45,163 nucleotides of DNA, from NCBI GenBank assembly GCA_900769285.1, contig CAAGGB010000279.1, forward strand, positions 1 to 45,163. Direction: 5' to 3'. The notes under the pieces are model-generated. The model was not told where the DNA came from. It saw only the letters and a program-made list of their open reading frames with translations, and did no database searches. The DNA comes from Victivallales bacterium (GTDB lineage Bacteria; Verrucomicrobiota; Lentisphaeria; Oligosphaerales; Oligosphaeraceae). Made by a program: the position numbers and the translations under genes. This document shows positions 19,027 through 28,261 of the stretch, piece by piece; positions within the stretch are counted from its first letter, which is position 1; every line of letters starts with the position of its first letter.

Positions 19027-19908
19027 ATGAAGCCCTACGCCTGGAACGGTATCCATCTGCAGCTCCCCGACGACTGGGAGATGCTCCAGTTCTCCAAGGA
19101 CCCCGCGCACGGTCGCATCGTCTTCGGCGACCGCTACCAACTGCGCTTCGAGCTCGACTGGGCCGCACTCGACCTCCCTCCTGACCTCGACCGCATGGCC
19201 GAGGACTACAAGGCAAAGCTCATCCAGGACGGCATCAAGGAGGCCAGACACACCGCCAGACACCCCTGGCAGGGCGTCACCGGACTCCAGGACGGCGCCC
19301 GCATCTCTCGCTACTGCGCCTACTTCAACGACCGCACCTACCTTCTCGAGGCCATCTTCCTCTGGCCACAGGACGACAACCCACGCCATAACCCGCAGTT
19401 CGAGGCGCGCCTCCTCGAGACCATCCGCGTCGTCCCACTCCAGAACGACCACCTCCAGGAATGGAACGCCTTCGGCATCCGCTGCCTCGCGCCCGACGAC
19501 CACCGGCTCGACGACTGCCTCGCCGAACCCGCCAACGTCCGACTCACCTTCACCTCCCCAGACCGCCGGCTCGAGGAGACCGCCACCCGCATCGGCATGC
19601 TCAAGGCCTGGCTCAACCGCGGCGTCGACGACTACCTCCGCACCCTCATCCCCAAGGACTACTCCCTCCTCTCCATGAGCCACGCCACTCAGGACGGACA
19701 CGACGTCTGGACCGCCGAGGCCACCATCACCCGAGCCGTCCTCACCGACTGGTGGCACGGCCGCAGACACTTCTCCGCCGCCGCCTGGATCTGCCCGCAG
19801 GACCAGCGGCTACGCATCCTCACACGAACCGCACCCGACCGCCGCGACGGACTCCCCCCGCCACCCGTCGCCCTCAGCTGCTGCGACAAGCTGGAGGTGA
19901 CCCTGTGA
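19027..19908 (+). CDS. Hypothetical protein (293 aa), no recognisable motif
   Basis: Codon usage is consistent with neighbours. The ATG lies 3 nt after the upstream stop, and its stop overlaps the next gene start (GTGA). This indicates a translationally coupled operon member. Confidence 0.6.
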   Translation: MKPYAWNGIHLQLPDDWEMLQFSKDPAHGRIVFGDRYQLRFELDWAALDLPPDLDRMAEDYKAKLIQDGIKEARHTARHPWQGVTGLQDGARISRYCAYFNDRTYLLEAIFLWPQDDNPRHNPQFEARLLETIRVVPLQNDHLQEWNAFGIRCLAPDDHRLDDCLAEPANVRLTFTSPDRRLEETATRIGMLKAWLNRGVDDYLRTLIPKDYSLLSMSHATQDGHDVWTAEATITRAVLTDWWHGRRHFSAAAWICPQDQRLRILTRTAPDRRDGLPPPPVALSCCDKLEVTL

Positions 19909-20282
19909 GCAAGCCCCACATCGCCACCGTCCAGGACAGCAACTGGAGACGAATGCTCCAGGCCATCCCCGAGAAGAACACCGCCGCACAGGTCACCCGA
20001 CACGGCGAGCAGGTCACCATCTCCATCCGCAACGTCCGGCCAGCCTACCTCAAGCCGCCCATCTCCTGGTTCGTCCCCTTCAAGGAACGCAGAGTCGTCA
20101 CCCTCGACCCAATCGGCACACGGCTCTGGTCCCTCTGCGACGGCTCGCGGACCGTCGAGGACCTCATCGACGCCTTCTGCGCCGACTACGGACTCACCTT
20201 CCACGAGGCCAAGACCTGCGTCACCGACTACCTCAAGAAGCTCGTCCAGAGAGGCGTCCTCGCTGTCGTCATCGACTCCTGA
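19905..20282 (+). CDS. PqqD-family protein (RiPP recognition element-like peptide chaperone), 125 aa
   Basis: VTLDPIGTRLWSLCDGSRTVEDLIDAFCADYGLTFHEAKTCVTDYLKKLVQRGVL fits the PqqD/RRE pattern (L-N-x-T-x-x-x-I-W-x-L-x-D-G-x-x-T-v-x-E-I-x-x-x-L-x-x-x-Y-x-v-...-D-v-x-x-F-L-x-x-L-x-x-x-G-L-I). The GTG start overlaps the upstream stop. Confidence 0.7.
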   Translation: MSKPHIATVQDSNWRRMLQAIPEKNTAAQVTRHGEQVTISIRNVRPAYLKPPISWFVPFKERRVVTLDPIGTRLWSLCDGSRTVEDLIDAFCADYGLTFHEAKTCVTDYLKKLVQRGVLAVVIDS

Positions 20283-20468
20283 CACCGCCACCAAAAAAAC
20301 CGCTCCCCGTAGGGGACGACGCCAATATGCGCCCCGCCCCATGCGTTGTAATCTAGTGTCGTGTTCCCCGGACACCCCGTCCGCGCACACACGCCCCCCC
20401 ACACACAAACTGGAACAGCATCACATAGCAAGCAAACCACCGACCAAAGGCACCCAGCAGGACCGAAC

Positions 20469-21986
20469 ATGAAAGAGATCAACATCGCAGAACAACCCTG
20501 GCTCAGTCTGAAGCGCACCGTGAAGATCACCATCGACGGCATCAGATACCGGTTGTTCCGGGCCACCGTCACCGTCGCCGTCATCGTCGTCGCCGTGGCC
20601 TTCCTCATGAACATCCTCGCCGAGTCCCTCATCAAGCGCGCCGTCGCCGCCGACACCCGCGAACGCTCCGACAACGCACAGCTCAACTCCAACTGGTCCA
20701 CCAAGCTCACCGCCACCGGCTCTCCCGAGTCCATCGTCGCCGAACTCGCCCGACTCGACGCCACCGCCGACGTCAACGTCGAGACCCGTAACTTCATCCG
20801 GCTCGCCGACGACGACTTCGCCAGGCTCCAGGACACCGCACGAGACGTCCAGTACGTCCTCGACTTCTTCGACGACCTCGACTACGCCAAGCGCCGAGAC
20901 CTCATCAAGACAGCCGCCGGACTCGAAATCCTCGACTACCTCGCGCGACCCGAGAACTTCGACACCTTCAAGCTCGGACTCGACCGCTACCGCATGATCC
21001 GCTTCGAGATGGACTTCGACAAGCTCCAGAAGCTCATCGCCGAACGCGCCGTCTTCCGCAAGACCCTCGACGACATCATCGCCAAGCGCCACGAGGCCAA
21101 CGCCAAGATCACCGCCTTCCTCAAGGCCGAGTACAGGGACAACCCAACACTCGTCAACGACGCCGACCGACTCGCCATGGCCATGACCAACGCCGACGGC
21201 AAATTCGGCGACGTCATCCGCAGCGCCGGCTTCAACTTCGACCCCCAGCGCATCGCACCCATCGTCGCCGACCAGGCCAAGAACCAGCAGTTCATCCTCC
21301 GCATGAAATTCTCCATCACCGGCGCCAGCAACAAGACCCGACAGCTCCTCGCGCAGGAGGCCAACAAGATACCCTCCGACATCAACGAGGCCATCATGTG
21401 GGACTACCTCGAAAGCGCCTCCTTCGCCAAGCGCTACATCCAGGTCATGCAGGAGAGCGGCATGGACACCACCGACCTCACCCCCGAACTCCTCGTCAAG
21501 CTCGCCAAGGCCCGCAAGGAGACCGCCGCGCTCGCACGCGCCAAGCGACTCACCATGGACTCCGGAAAGGGCTTCATGGGACTCGGCGAGCGACTCGCCT
21601 ACCTCCTCGTCGTCTCCTTCCTCGTCTGCGGCATCGGCATCACCAACGCCATGATGATGTCCGTCACCGAGCGCTTCACCGAAATCGCCACCCTCAAGTG
21701 CCTCGGCGCACTCGACGGCTTCATCATGATCATGTTCGTCCTCGAAAGCTGCATCATGGGCATCGTCGGCGGAACCATCGGCGCCGTCATCGGCGCCGTC
21801 ATCGGCACCGGACGCATGATGGCATCCTTCGGCGTCAACTTCTTCGCCGCCATCCCCGTCCTCGACATCTTCGGTGGCATCCTCATCTCCATCCTCCTCG
21901 GTACACTCCTCGCCGCCTTCGCCGCCGTCGTCCCATCCTTCAAGGCCGCACGGCTCGCACCCATGGAGGCCATGCGCGTCGAATAG
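20469..21986 (+). CDS. ABC transporter permease, FtsX/MacB family
   Basis: N-terminal TM (ATVTVAVIVVAVAFLMNIL), a ~330-aa periplasmic domain, then the FtsX signature MSVTERFTEIATLKCLGA followed by 3 TM helices. Confidence 0.85.
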   Translation: MKEINIAEQPWLSLKRTVKITIDGIRYRLFRATVTVAVIVVAVAFLMNILAESLIKRAVAADTRERSDNAQLNSNWSTKLTATGSPESIVAELARLDATADVNVETRNFIRLADDDFARLQDTARDVQYVLDFFDDLDYAKRRDLIKTAAGLEILDYLARPENFDTFKLGLDRYRMIRFEMDFDKLQKLIAERAVFRKTLDDIIAKRHEANAKITAFLKAEYRDNPTLVNDADRLAMAMTNADGKFGDVIRSAGFNFDPQRIAPIVADQAKNQQFILRMKFSITGASNKTRQLLAQEANKIPSDINEAIMWDYLESASFAKRYIQVMQESGMDTTDLTPELLVKLAKARKETAALARAKRLTMDSGKGFMGLGERLAYLLVVSFLVCGIGITNAMMMSVTERFTEIATLKCLGALDGFIMIMFVLESCIMGIVGGTIGAVIGAVIGTGRMMASFGVNFFAAIPVLDIFGGILISILLGTLLAAFAAVVPSFKAARLAPMEAMRVE

Positions 21987-22073
21987 GGCCACTCCCCCTC
22001 ACACGGAACGCCCCCCACACACGACGACGGCACACCTGAACTCATCACTCATCACATAACCCAACGGCAAACC

Positions 22074-22844
22074 ATGGAAGAGACCAACAGAACAGCAGCA
22101 GGCGAGAAGAGCGCCGAAAGGCGAGTCATCATCCGAACCGTCGGACTCAAGAAGATCTACACGATGAACAACGTCACCACCGAGGCCCTCCGAGGCGTCG
22201 ACATGTCCATCTTCCAGGGCGAGTTCATCTCCGTCATGGGCCCCTCCGGCTCCGGAAAGTCCACCTTCTTCAACATGATCGGCGCCCTCGACAGCCCCTC
22301 CATCGGACGCGTCTTCATCGACGAGGTCGACGTCGCCCAGCTCACCGCCGAGGAGCTCGCCTTCCTCCGCTGCCACAAGATCGGCTACATCTTCCAGAGC
22401 TACAACCTCATCCGCTACATGACCGCACTCGAGAACGTCACCACTCCCATGGCCTTCGGCGGTGTCCAGCCCGACGAGGCCCGCGAGCGCGGCATGAACA
22501 TCCTCGACCTCGTCGGACTCAAGGAACGCTGGCACCACCGCCCCATCGAGATGTCCGGCGGACAGCAGCAGCGCGTCGCCATCGCCCGCTCCCTCGCCAA
22601 CGACCCCTCCGTCCTCCTCTGCGACGAGCCCACCGCCAACCTCGACCTCCACACCGGACAGGAAATCCTCGACATCCTCAAGCGACTCAACGTCGAGAAG
22701 GGCGTCACCGTCATCTGCGCCACCCACGACCACCGCATGATGAACATCTGCGACCGGCTCATGTGGATCCGCGACGGACGCATCGACCGCATCGCCAACC
22801 GCGAGGACGTCCACATCGAGGTCGGAGGCATCGAGGGACACTGA
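22074..22844 (+). CDS. ABC transporter ATP-binding protein (MacB/LolD-type ATPase)
   Basis: Walker A GPSGSGKST, Q-loop, signature SGGQQQRVAIAR, Walker B LLCDEPTANLD and H-loop ATHD. Confidence 0.9.
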   Translation: MEETNRTAAGEKSAERRVIIRTVGLKKIYTMNNVTTEALRGVDMSIFQGEFISVMGPSGSGKSTFFNMIGALDSPSIGRVFIDEVDVAQLTAEELAFLRCHKIGYIFQSYNLIRYMTALENVTTPMAFGGVQPDEARERGMNILDLVGLKERWHHRPIEMSGGQQQRVAIARSLANDPSVLLCDEPTANLDLHTGQEILDILKRLNVEKGVTVICATHDHRMMNICDRLMWIRDGRIDRIANREDVHIEVGGIEGH

Positions 22845-22968
22845 AGCCCCCCCACACCCCACACACACCTCCCCACACGCAGGCAATCATCAACTGAACA
22901 TACAACCGCCGCCGCGCCGCCACACCCACTGGTCGGCCGACGCAAAAGACAAGGGCTTTCCACTGACC

Positions 22969-25900
22969 ATGCGATCACTGCTCAAAACCTCAAGGGCCCT
23001 GGGACTGGGCGCCATCTTCAGTCTCACCGCTGGCCTGGCCTTCGCGCAGCAGCCGAACGACCCCAAGGCCACCTTCAACCGCGACTGCGCCGAAATCGGA
23101 CGCTTCCCGCACCGGCTCACCGGCACCGCCGAGTACCGCCAGGCCGCCGACTACATCGAGCGCCGCCTCCGCGCCATCGTCAGCGCCAAGGACGGCGACC
23201 AGGTCATCGTGCAGCCCTTCGACTCCGCCCAGATCGTCACCCCCACCGTCAAGACCGACCCCAACGACCGCCGCAACGACGCCATCGTCAAGGGACAGGA
23301 CCAGGAGGCCACCGCCACCCTTACCGCACCCGCCGGCAAGACCATCCGACTCCACCCCATGAGGCCCAACGGCATCATCCCGCCCGCCACCCCGCGCGGA
23401 GGCCTCTCCGGTCACATCGTCTACCTCGGACGCGGCGACGCCGCCGACTTCAACCGCATCAACGTCAAGGACGCCATCGTCGTCCTCAACTACAACTCCG
23501 GACAGGGCTTCATCCGCGCCTTCCGACTCGGCGCCAAGGCCATCGTCTTCACCCGCGGCAACGACATGCCCGAGAAGGCCATGTCCTCCAGCCCCCACTT
23601 CGCCGACTGCAACGTCAACCTCATGCGCTACTACTTCGACGGCACCGCCGCCCAGCTCAAGGCCGACTGCCCCGAGAACGCCACCGTCGCCATCGACTGC
23701 AAGCTCAACTGGGGCTACGCCCGCGGACGTAACATCTACGCCTACATCAAGGGCACCAACGCCAAATTCGACCCCGACAAACGCCATGAGGTCATCGTCC
23801 TCGCCGCCAACCTCGACACCTTCGGCGAAGTCCCCAACCTCACCCCAGGCGCCCGCGGAGCCGCCAACGCCGCCGCGCTCCTCCGACTCGCCGAACACAT
23901 CGTCGCCAGCCGCCCGCGACGCGATGTCGTCATCGCCTTCTTCGACCAGCAGGCCCGCGGACACGTCGGCGTCTCGCACTTCTACCAGGCCATCGAGGAC
24001 AAGAAGGACAACCAGGTCACCGACCGCCGCATCTCCTTCCGCAACGAGACCAACTTCATGAAGCTCATGGACGAGCAGCTCGCCGACGCCTCCCCGCTCA
24101 CCAAGAGCTCCGACGTCCGCAAGAAGCTCCTCGACAAGCTCGAGGTCCTCTCTCAGACACACGCCTACTACTACAAGAACGAGGCCTACGAGAAGCGCGA
24201 ACGGCTCAACCAGCGCAAGAAGGCCGCCGCCGCCGCAGGCGGCGTCACCGACGAGCTCCGCAAGGAGGAGCAGGAGCTCAACCAGCTCATCGCCGCCGAA
24301 CTCGAGCCCAAGAAGATGGCCTGGAACGAAGTCCAGAGAACCATCGGACGCGAAAAGCGCAAGTACACCGGCGACGACCAGCCCCTCCAGCTCGACCCCG
24401 AACTCTCCGAACAGGAGCGCACCCTCGTCAACCAGTTCCTCGCACAGGTCCTCGACGAGGCCCGCCGCGACTACGACGTCCGCAAGGAGGAGCTCAAGCG
24501 CGAGGACGAGGCCCTCGCCGCCGACGAGGCACTCTACGACATCTTCTACCCCAAGGCCCTCGACGAACAGGGACAGCCCATCCTCGAGAACGAGGAGGAC
24601 GGCATCTACGCCCGCGACCCCAAGCAGGCCCGAACCATCGTCCTCCACGCCTCCCTCCTCCTCGGCGACACCACCCGCAAGTGGGCCATCATCATCGGCG
24701 GCGACTCCTCCATCCACAGCGGCGACGACAACCAGGGACTCTACGGCAAGGTCCGCAACGCCTTCCTCAACGCCTACAAGGCCATCGCCGCCAACGCCGC
24801 CCCCAACGCCGACGTCCAGGACAACTTCCTCGTCGAGTCCGCTGACCAGAAGCTGAACCAGACCCGCGTCATCTGGGCCGCACCCAGACTCGTCCACTCC
24901 GGCGAAATGGCCGGCGTCCTCGGCTACTTCAACCTCGCACTCGGAACCGTCCAGGAGGCCACCCTCCTCGAGGGCACGCCCGACGACACCTTCGCCAACA
25001 TCAGCGCCGACGCCATCTACGCGCAGATCCGCGACATCGAGCGCTTCTTCGCACCCGCCGCCAACTTCCCCGAACAGGCCGCCGCCGACATGCTCGGAAA
25101 CCAGGAGGGACTCTCCCTCAACAAGGGCTTCCCCACCAACAAGGAGTACTTCATCGCCAAATTCGACGAGGACAACAACACCAAGGGACCAACCGTCATG
25201 GGCATGCTCCCCGGCACCTCCACCCCCAACACACCCCTCGCCGGCGCCATCGTACAGCTCCGACTCTCCCGCAACTTCTCACTCGCCTACGCCGAGTCCA
25301 AATTCGTCGCCTTCGACAACTACCAGGTCCACCGCACCGACGCCAACGGACACTACAACCTCGGCCCCCTCAACGGACGCACCGCCGGCTCCTGGGGCGG
25401 CTTCGCCGCCGTCTTCCGCCCCGAAGGCAACCTCGATGAGGTCTCCGCGCAGAGCACCTACACCAACGGCACCATCCGCTACCGACTCAACACCTTCAAG
25501 GCCAAGGGCGCCTACGTCGTCCTCCCCTCACAGCAGCGCACCGAAAAGCTCCCCGGCGAGGACGTCAAAATCCTCTCCTCAAAGGCCAACGCCGACCTCG
25601 TCACCAACCGCTCCTTCTCCGAGACCGTCGACGGCATCGTCGCCTGGTACTCCGACGAGCGCGAGCGCGGCGTCAAGCTCTTCTCTCTCCGACAGATGGT
25701 CGGACTCAACAACGGCAACGAGCAGAAGAGCCGACTCGACGCCTCCGACGCCGGTAAGCTCCAGGACGACGGCACCGACAAGTACGTCGGCGTCGGCTTC
25801 GAAATGACCGAACACCCCATCAGCGTCAACGCCGCCGCACGCTCCGCCTCCGACCTCTGGCGCATCAACGACTCCAGACTCGACATCCTCCGCAACAAGG

Positions 25901-28185
25901 GCATCCTCGACTCCTCACTTGCCGAACTCCACGGACGCTCCGAGGACATGCTCAACGACGCCGCTGACTCACAGCAGCCCATGCGCCGCGAGGCTCTCAA
26001 CACCTTCTCCTTCTGGTCCTCCAGACCCGTCTACCTCAAGGTCCGCTCCATGCTCGACGACCTCGTCTTCGCCGTCCTCATCCTCCTCGGACTCTCCGTC
26101 CCCTTCGCCTTCGCACTCGAACGCGTCATCATCGGCGCCGTCACCATCTACAAGCAGATCTCCTGGTTCATCGCGTTCTTCGCCATGACCTTCGTCCTCC
26201 TCTACCTCACCCACCCCGCCTTCGCCATCGCCAACACACCCATCATCATCTTCCTCGGCTTCGCCATCGTCGTCATGTCCTGCATGGTCATCTTCATCAT
26301 CATGCGCAAATTCGAGGTCGAGCTCAAGGCCATGCAGGGCATGACCGCCACCGTCCACGTCAACGACGTCTCCAACATCTCCACATTCATGGCCGCCATG
26401 CAGATGGGCATCTCCACCATGAGACGACGCCCCACCCGCACCGCCCTCACCGCCATCACCATCATCCTCCTCACCTTCACCATCCTCTGCTTCGCCTCCT
26501 TCGGCACCCAGAACGGCATCGTCACCATCTCCGTCGCCCCCAACCCCAAGTACAACGGCGCCTTCGTCCACAACGTCAACTGGAACCCGCTCTCCGAAGA
26601 CCTCAAGGACATGATCACCTACAGCCGGGCCGGCGAAGGCGAATCCTCCGCCATCCGCTCCGTCTGCAAGCGACTCTGGATCTCACCCAAGACTCAGGAC
26701 AACCCCGGACTCCTCATCTCCAGAGCCGACGGAACGCTCCCGACCACCATCCGCGGCGTCCTAGGCATCGAGCCTCAGGAACTCAACGAGCGCGAGGAAT
26801 TCATGGAGTACTTCCAGAAGATCGACGACGACTCCATCCTCATCACCCAGCCCGTCGCCGAATACCTCAAGGTCGCCGAGGGCGACACCGTCGTCCTCAA
26901 GGGACACACCTTCAAGGTCGGAAAGATCTTCGACAACGTCAGGGTCTCCGCCGCCAAGGACATGGACACCTCCTCCATCCTCCCCGCCGACTTCACCGAA
27001 ATGACCGCCAACCAGCCCGTCTCCTCAGACAACGACGAGGAGATGGACGCCATGAGCCAGCGAAACTGGTCCTCCATCCCCGTCGACCAGGTCGTCATCG
27101 TCTCCGCCAACAACGCCAAGCTCCTCGGAGCTAACCTCTACGCCCTCGTCGTCTACACAAACACCACCCAGCAGGCCATCTCCATCGCCGAGGAGCTCGC
27201 CCGTGTCCTCAACATCCCCATCCCCGCCACCCGCGAGAACGGCGTCGAACGACACCTCCTCGGCTCCGTCCTCAAGGCCTCCGGCGCCAAGGACCTCTTC
27301 TTCCCCATCGTCCTCGGCGGACTCGTCATCTTCGGAACCATGCTCGGCTCCGTCGCCGACCGCAAGAAGGAAATCTACACCTTCTCCGCACTCGGTCTCG
27401 CCCCGAGACACGTCGCCACACTCTTCTTCGCCGAATCCATGGTCTACGCCCTCATCGGCGGCCTCGGCGGATACCTCCTCGCTCAGGGTACCCTCAAGAT
27501 CCTCGGCTTCCTCGCCGAATACGGCATCGTCAGAGTCCCCGAGATGAACATGTCCTCCACCAACACCATCGTCACCATCCTCATCGTCATGGCGACCGTC
27601 CTCATCTCCTCCATCTACCCCGCCATCAAGGCCTCAAAGTCCGCCAACCCCGGACTCATGAGAACCTGGAGACCACCCAGACCCGACGGCGACGTCATGG
27701 ATCTCGTATTCCCCTTCACCGTCTCCCAGTACGACATCACCGGCGTCCTCTCCTTCCTCAAGGAGCACTTCGCCAACCACACCGACACCGGACTCGGACA
27801 GTTCATGACCTCCAGCGTCGAACTCGTCAAGGAAAAGGACGCCAAGGAACTCGCACTCGGACTCGACGCCAAGCTCGCGCTCGCACCCTTCGACCTCGGC
27901 GTCTCCCAGAACTTCTCCCTCCGCAGCGCTCCCTCCGAAATCGAGGGCATCGACGAGGTCCGCGTCATCCTCTCCAGAGCCTCCGGACAGCCCAAGGACT
28001 GGCAGAGACTCAACAAGGTCTTCCTCGATGACCTCAGACAGCAGTTCCTCATCTGGCGCTCCGTCCCCAAGGACACCATGGAGATGTACCGCCACAGAAC
28101 CCTCACCAGCATCGACGGCATCGCTGAAGTCGTCACCCCGCCCAAAAAGGCCGACGCCAACCCCGACGCCAAACCAAAGGCCTAA
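22969..28185 (+). CDS. Giant fusion protein (1738 aa): N-terminal PA-domain/M28-peptidase-like ectodomain (metal ligands substituted), coiled-coil region, 3 TM linker, complete FtsX/MacB-type permease
   Basis: Signal peptide MRSLLKTSRALGLGAIFSLTAGLAFAQQ. The M28-like N-terminus has HRLTGTAEYRQAADYIERRL and a PA-domain-like insert DAIVVLNYNSGQGFIRAFRLGAKAIVF. In the M28 core the canonical H-x-D, GAxDNASG and EE metal ligands are replaced (VLAANLD, GARGAANAA, FFDQQ). A Glu/Lys-rich helical region follows (KKAAAAAGGVTDELRKEEQELNQ...). Three hydrophobic helices lie at residues ~1040-1110. The FtsX N-terminal helix is MRRRPTRTALTAITIILLTFTILCF, with a periplasmic domain after it. The FtsX core is KKEIYTFSALGLAP plus 3 TM, and the cytoplasmic tail is ~170 aa. 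Confidence 0.8.
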   Translation: MRSLLKTSRALGLGAIFSLTAGLAFAQQPNDPKATFNRDCAEIGRFPHRLTGTAEYRQAADYIERRLRAIVSAKDGDQVIVQPFDSAQIVTPTVKTDPNDRRNDAIVKGQDQEATATLTAPAGKTIRLHPMRPNGIIPPATPRGGLSGHIVYLGRGDAADFNRINVKDAIVVLNYNSGQGFIRAFRLGAKAIVFTRGNDMPEKAMSSSPHFADCNVNLMRYYFDGTAAQLKADCPENATVAIDCKLNWGYARGRNIYAYIKGTNAKFDPDKRHEVIVLAANLDTFGEVPNLTPGARGAANAAALLRLAEHIVASRPRRDVVIAFFDQQARGHVGVSHFYQAIEDKKDNQVTDRRISFRNETNFMKLMDEQLADASPLTKSSDVRKKLLDKLEVLSQTHAYYYKNEAYEKRERLNQRKKAAAAAGGVTDELRKEEQELNQLIAAELEPKKMAWNEVQRTIGREKRKYTGDDQPLQLDPELSEQERTLVNQFLAQVLDEARRDYDVRKEELKREDEALAADEALYDIFYPKALDEQGQPILENEEDGIYARDPKQARTIVLHASLLLGDTTRKWAIIIGGDSSIHSGDDNQGLYGKVRNAFLNAYKAIAANAAPNADVQDNFLVESADQKLNQTRVIWAAPRLVHSGEMAGVLGYFNLALGTVQEATLLEGTPDDTFANISADAIYAQIRDIERFFAPAANFPEQAAADMLGNQEGLSLNKGFPTNKEYFIAKFDEDNNTKGPTVMGMLPGTSTPNTPLAGAIVQLRLSRNFSLAYAESKFVAFDNYQVHRTDANGHYNLGPLNGRTAGSWGGFAAVFRPEGNLDEVSAQSTYTNGTIRYRLNTFKAKGAYVVLPSQQRTEKLPGEDVKILSSKANADLVTNRSFSETVDGIVAWYSDERERGVKLFSLRQMVGLNNGNEQKSRLDASDAGKLQDDGTDKYVGVGFEMTEHPISVNAAARSASDLWRINDSRLDILRNKGILDSSLAELHGRSEDMLNDAADSQQPMRREALNTFSFWSSRPVYLKVRSMLDDLVFAVLILLGLSVPFAFALERVIIGAVTIYKQISWFIAFFAMTFVLLYLTHPAFAIANTPIIIFLGFAIVVMSCMVIFIIMRKFEVELKAMQGMTATVHVNDVSNISTFMAAMQMGISTMRRRPTRTALTAITIILLTFTILCFASFGTQNGIVTISVAPNPKYNGAFVHNVNWNPLSEDLKDMITYSRAGEGESSAIRSVCKRLWISPKTQDNPGLLISRADGTLPTTIRGVLGIEPQELNEREEFMEYFQKIDDDSILITQPVAEYLKVAEGDTVVLKGHTFKVGKIFDNVRVSAAKDMDTSSILPADFTEMTANQPVSSDNDEEMDAMSQRNWSSIPVDQVVIVSANNAKLLGANLYALVVYTNTTQQAISIAEELARVLNIPIPATRENGVERHLLGSVLKASGAKDLFFPIVLGGLVIFGTMLGSVADRKKEIYTFSALGLAPRHVATLFFAESMVYALIGGLGGYLLAQGTLKILGFLAEYGIVRVPEMNMSSTNTIVTILIVMATVLISSIYPAIKASKSANPGLMRTWRPPRPDGDVMDLVFPFTVSQYDITGVLSFLKEHFANHTDTGLGQFMTSSVELVKEKDAKELALGLDAKLALAPFDLGVSQNFSLRSAPSEIEGIDEVRVILSRASGQPKDWQRLNKVFLDDLRQQFLIWRSVPKDTMEMYRHRTLTSIDGIAEVVTPPKKADANPDAKPKA

Positions 28186-28261
28186 TCGCCTAGCCTGACA
28201 AGGACGACACCCACGGCACCAACAGACTACACCTTCATTCACCAGGCGAGGAACACTCACG

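Noticed and set aside
17443-19770. 775-aa minus-strand ORF overlapping the ferredoxin, amidohydrolase and hypothetical genes
   Set aside because: Its translation is Gly/Val/Glu/Ala-rich antisense-type sequence with no motifs. The plus-strand genes have clear family signatures.
20283-20330. Hairpin TCCCC-GTA-GGGGA after the PqqD-like gene as a terminator
   Set aside because: The stem is 5 bp. On the plus strand it is followed by no U-tract, and on the minus strand there is no gene to terminate.
22990-24897. 635-aa minus-strand ORF antisense to the giant fusion gene (similar ones at 20421-21992, 11151-12647, 12629-13915, 29270-30397)
   Set aside because: These are antisense ORFs kept open by the GC3-rich sense frame. 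Their composition is dominated by G/V/E/A/D with no recognisable domain.
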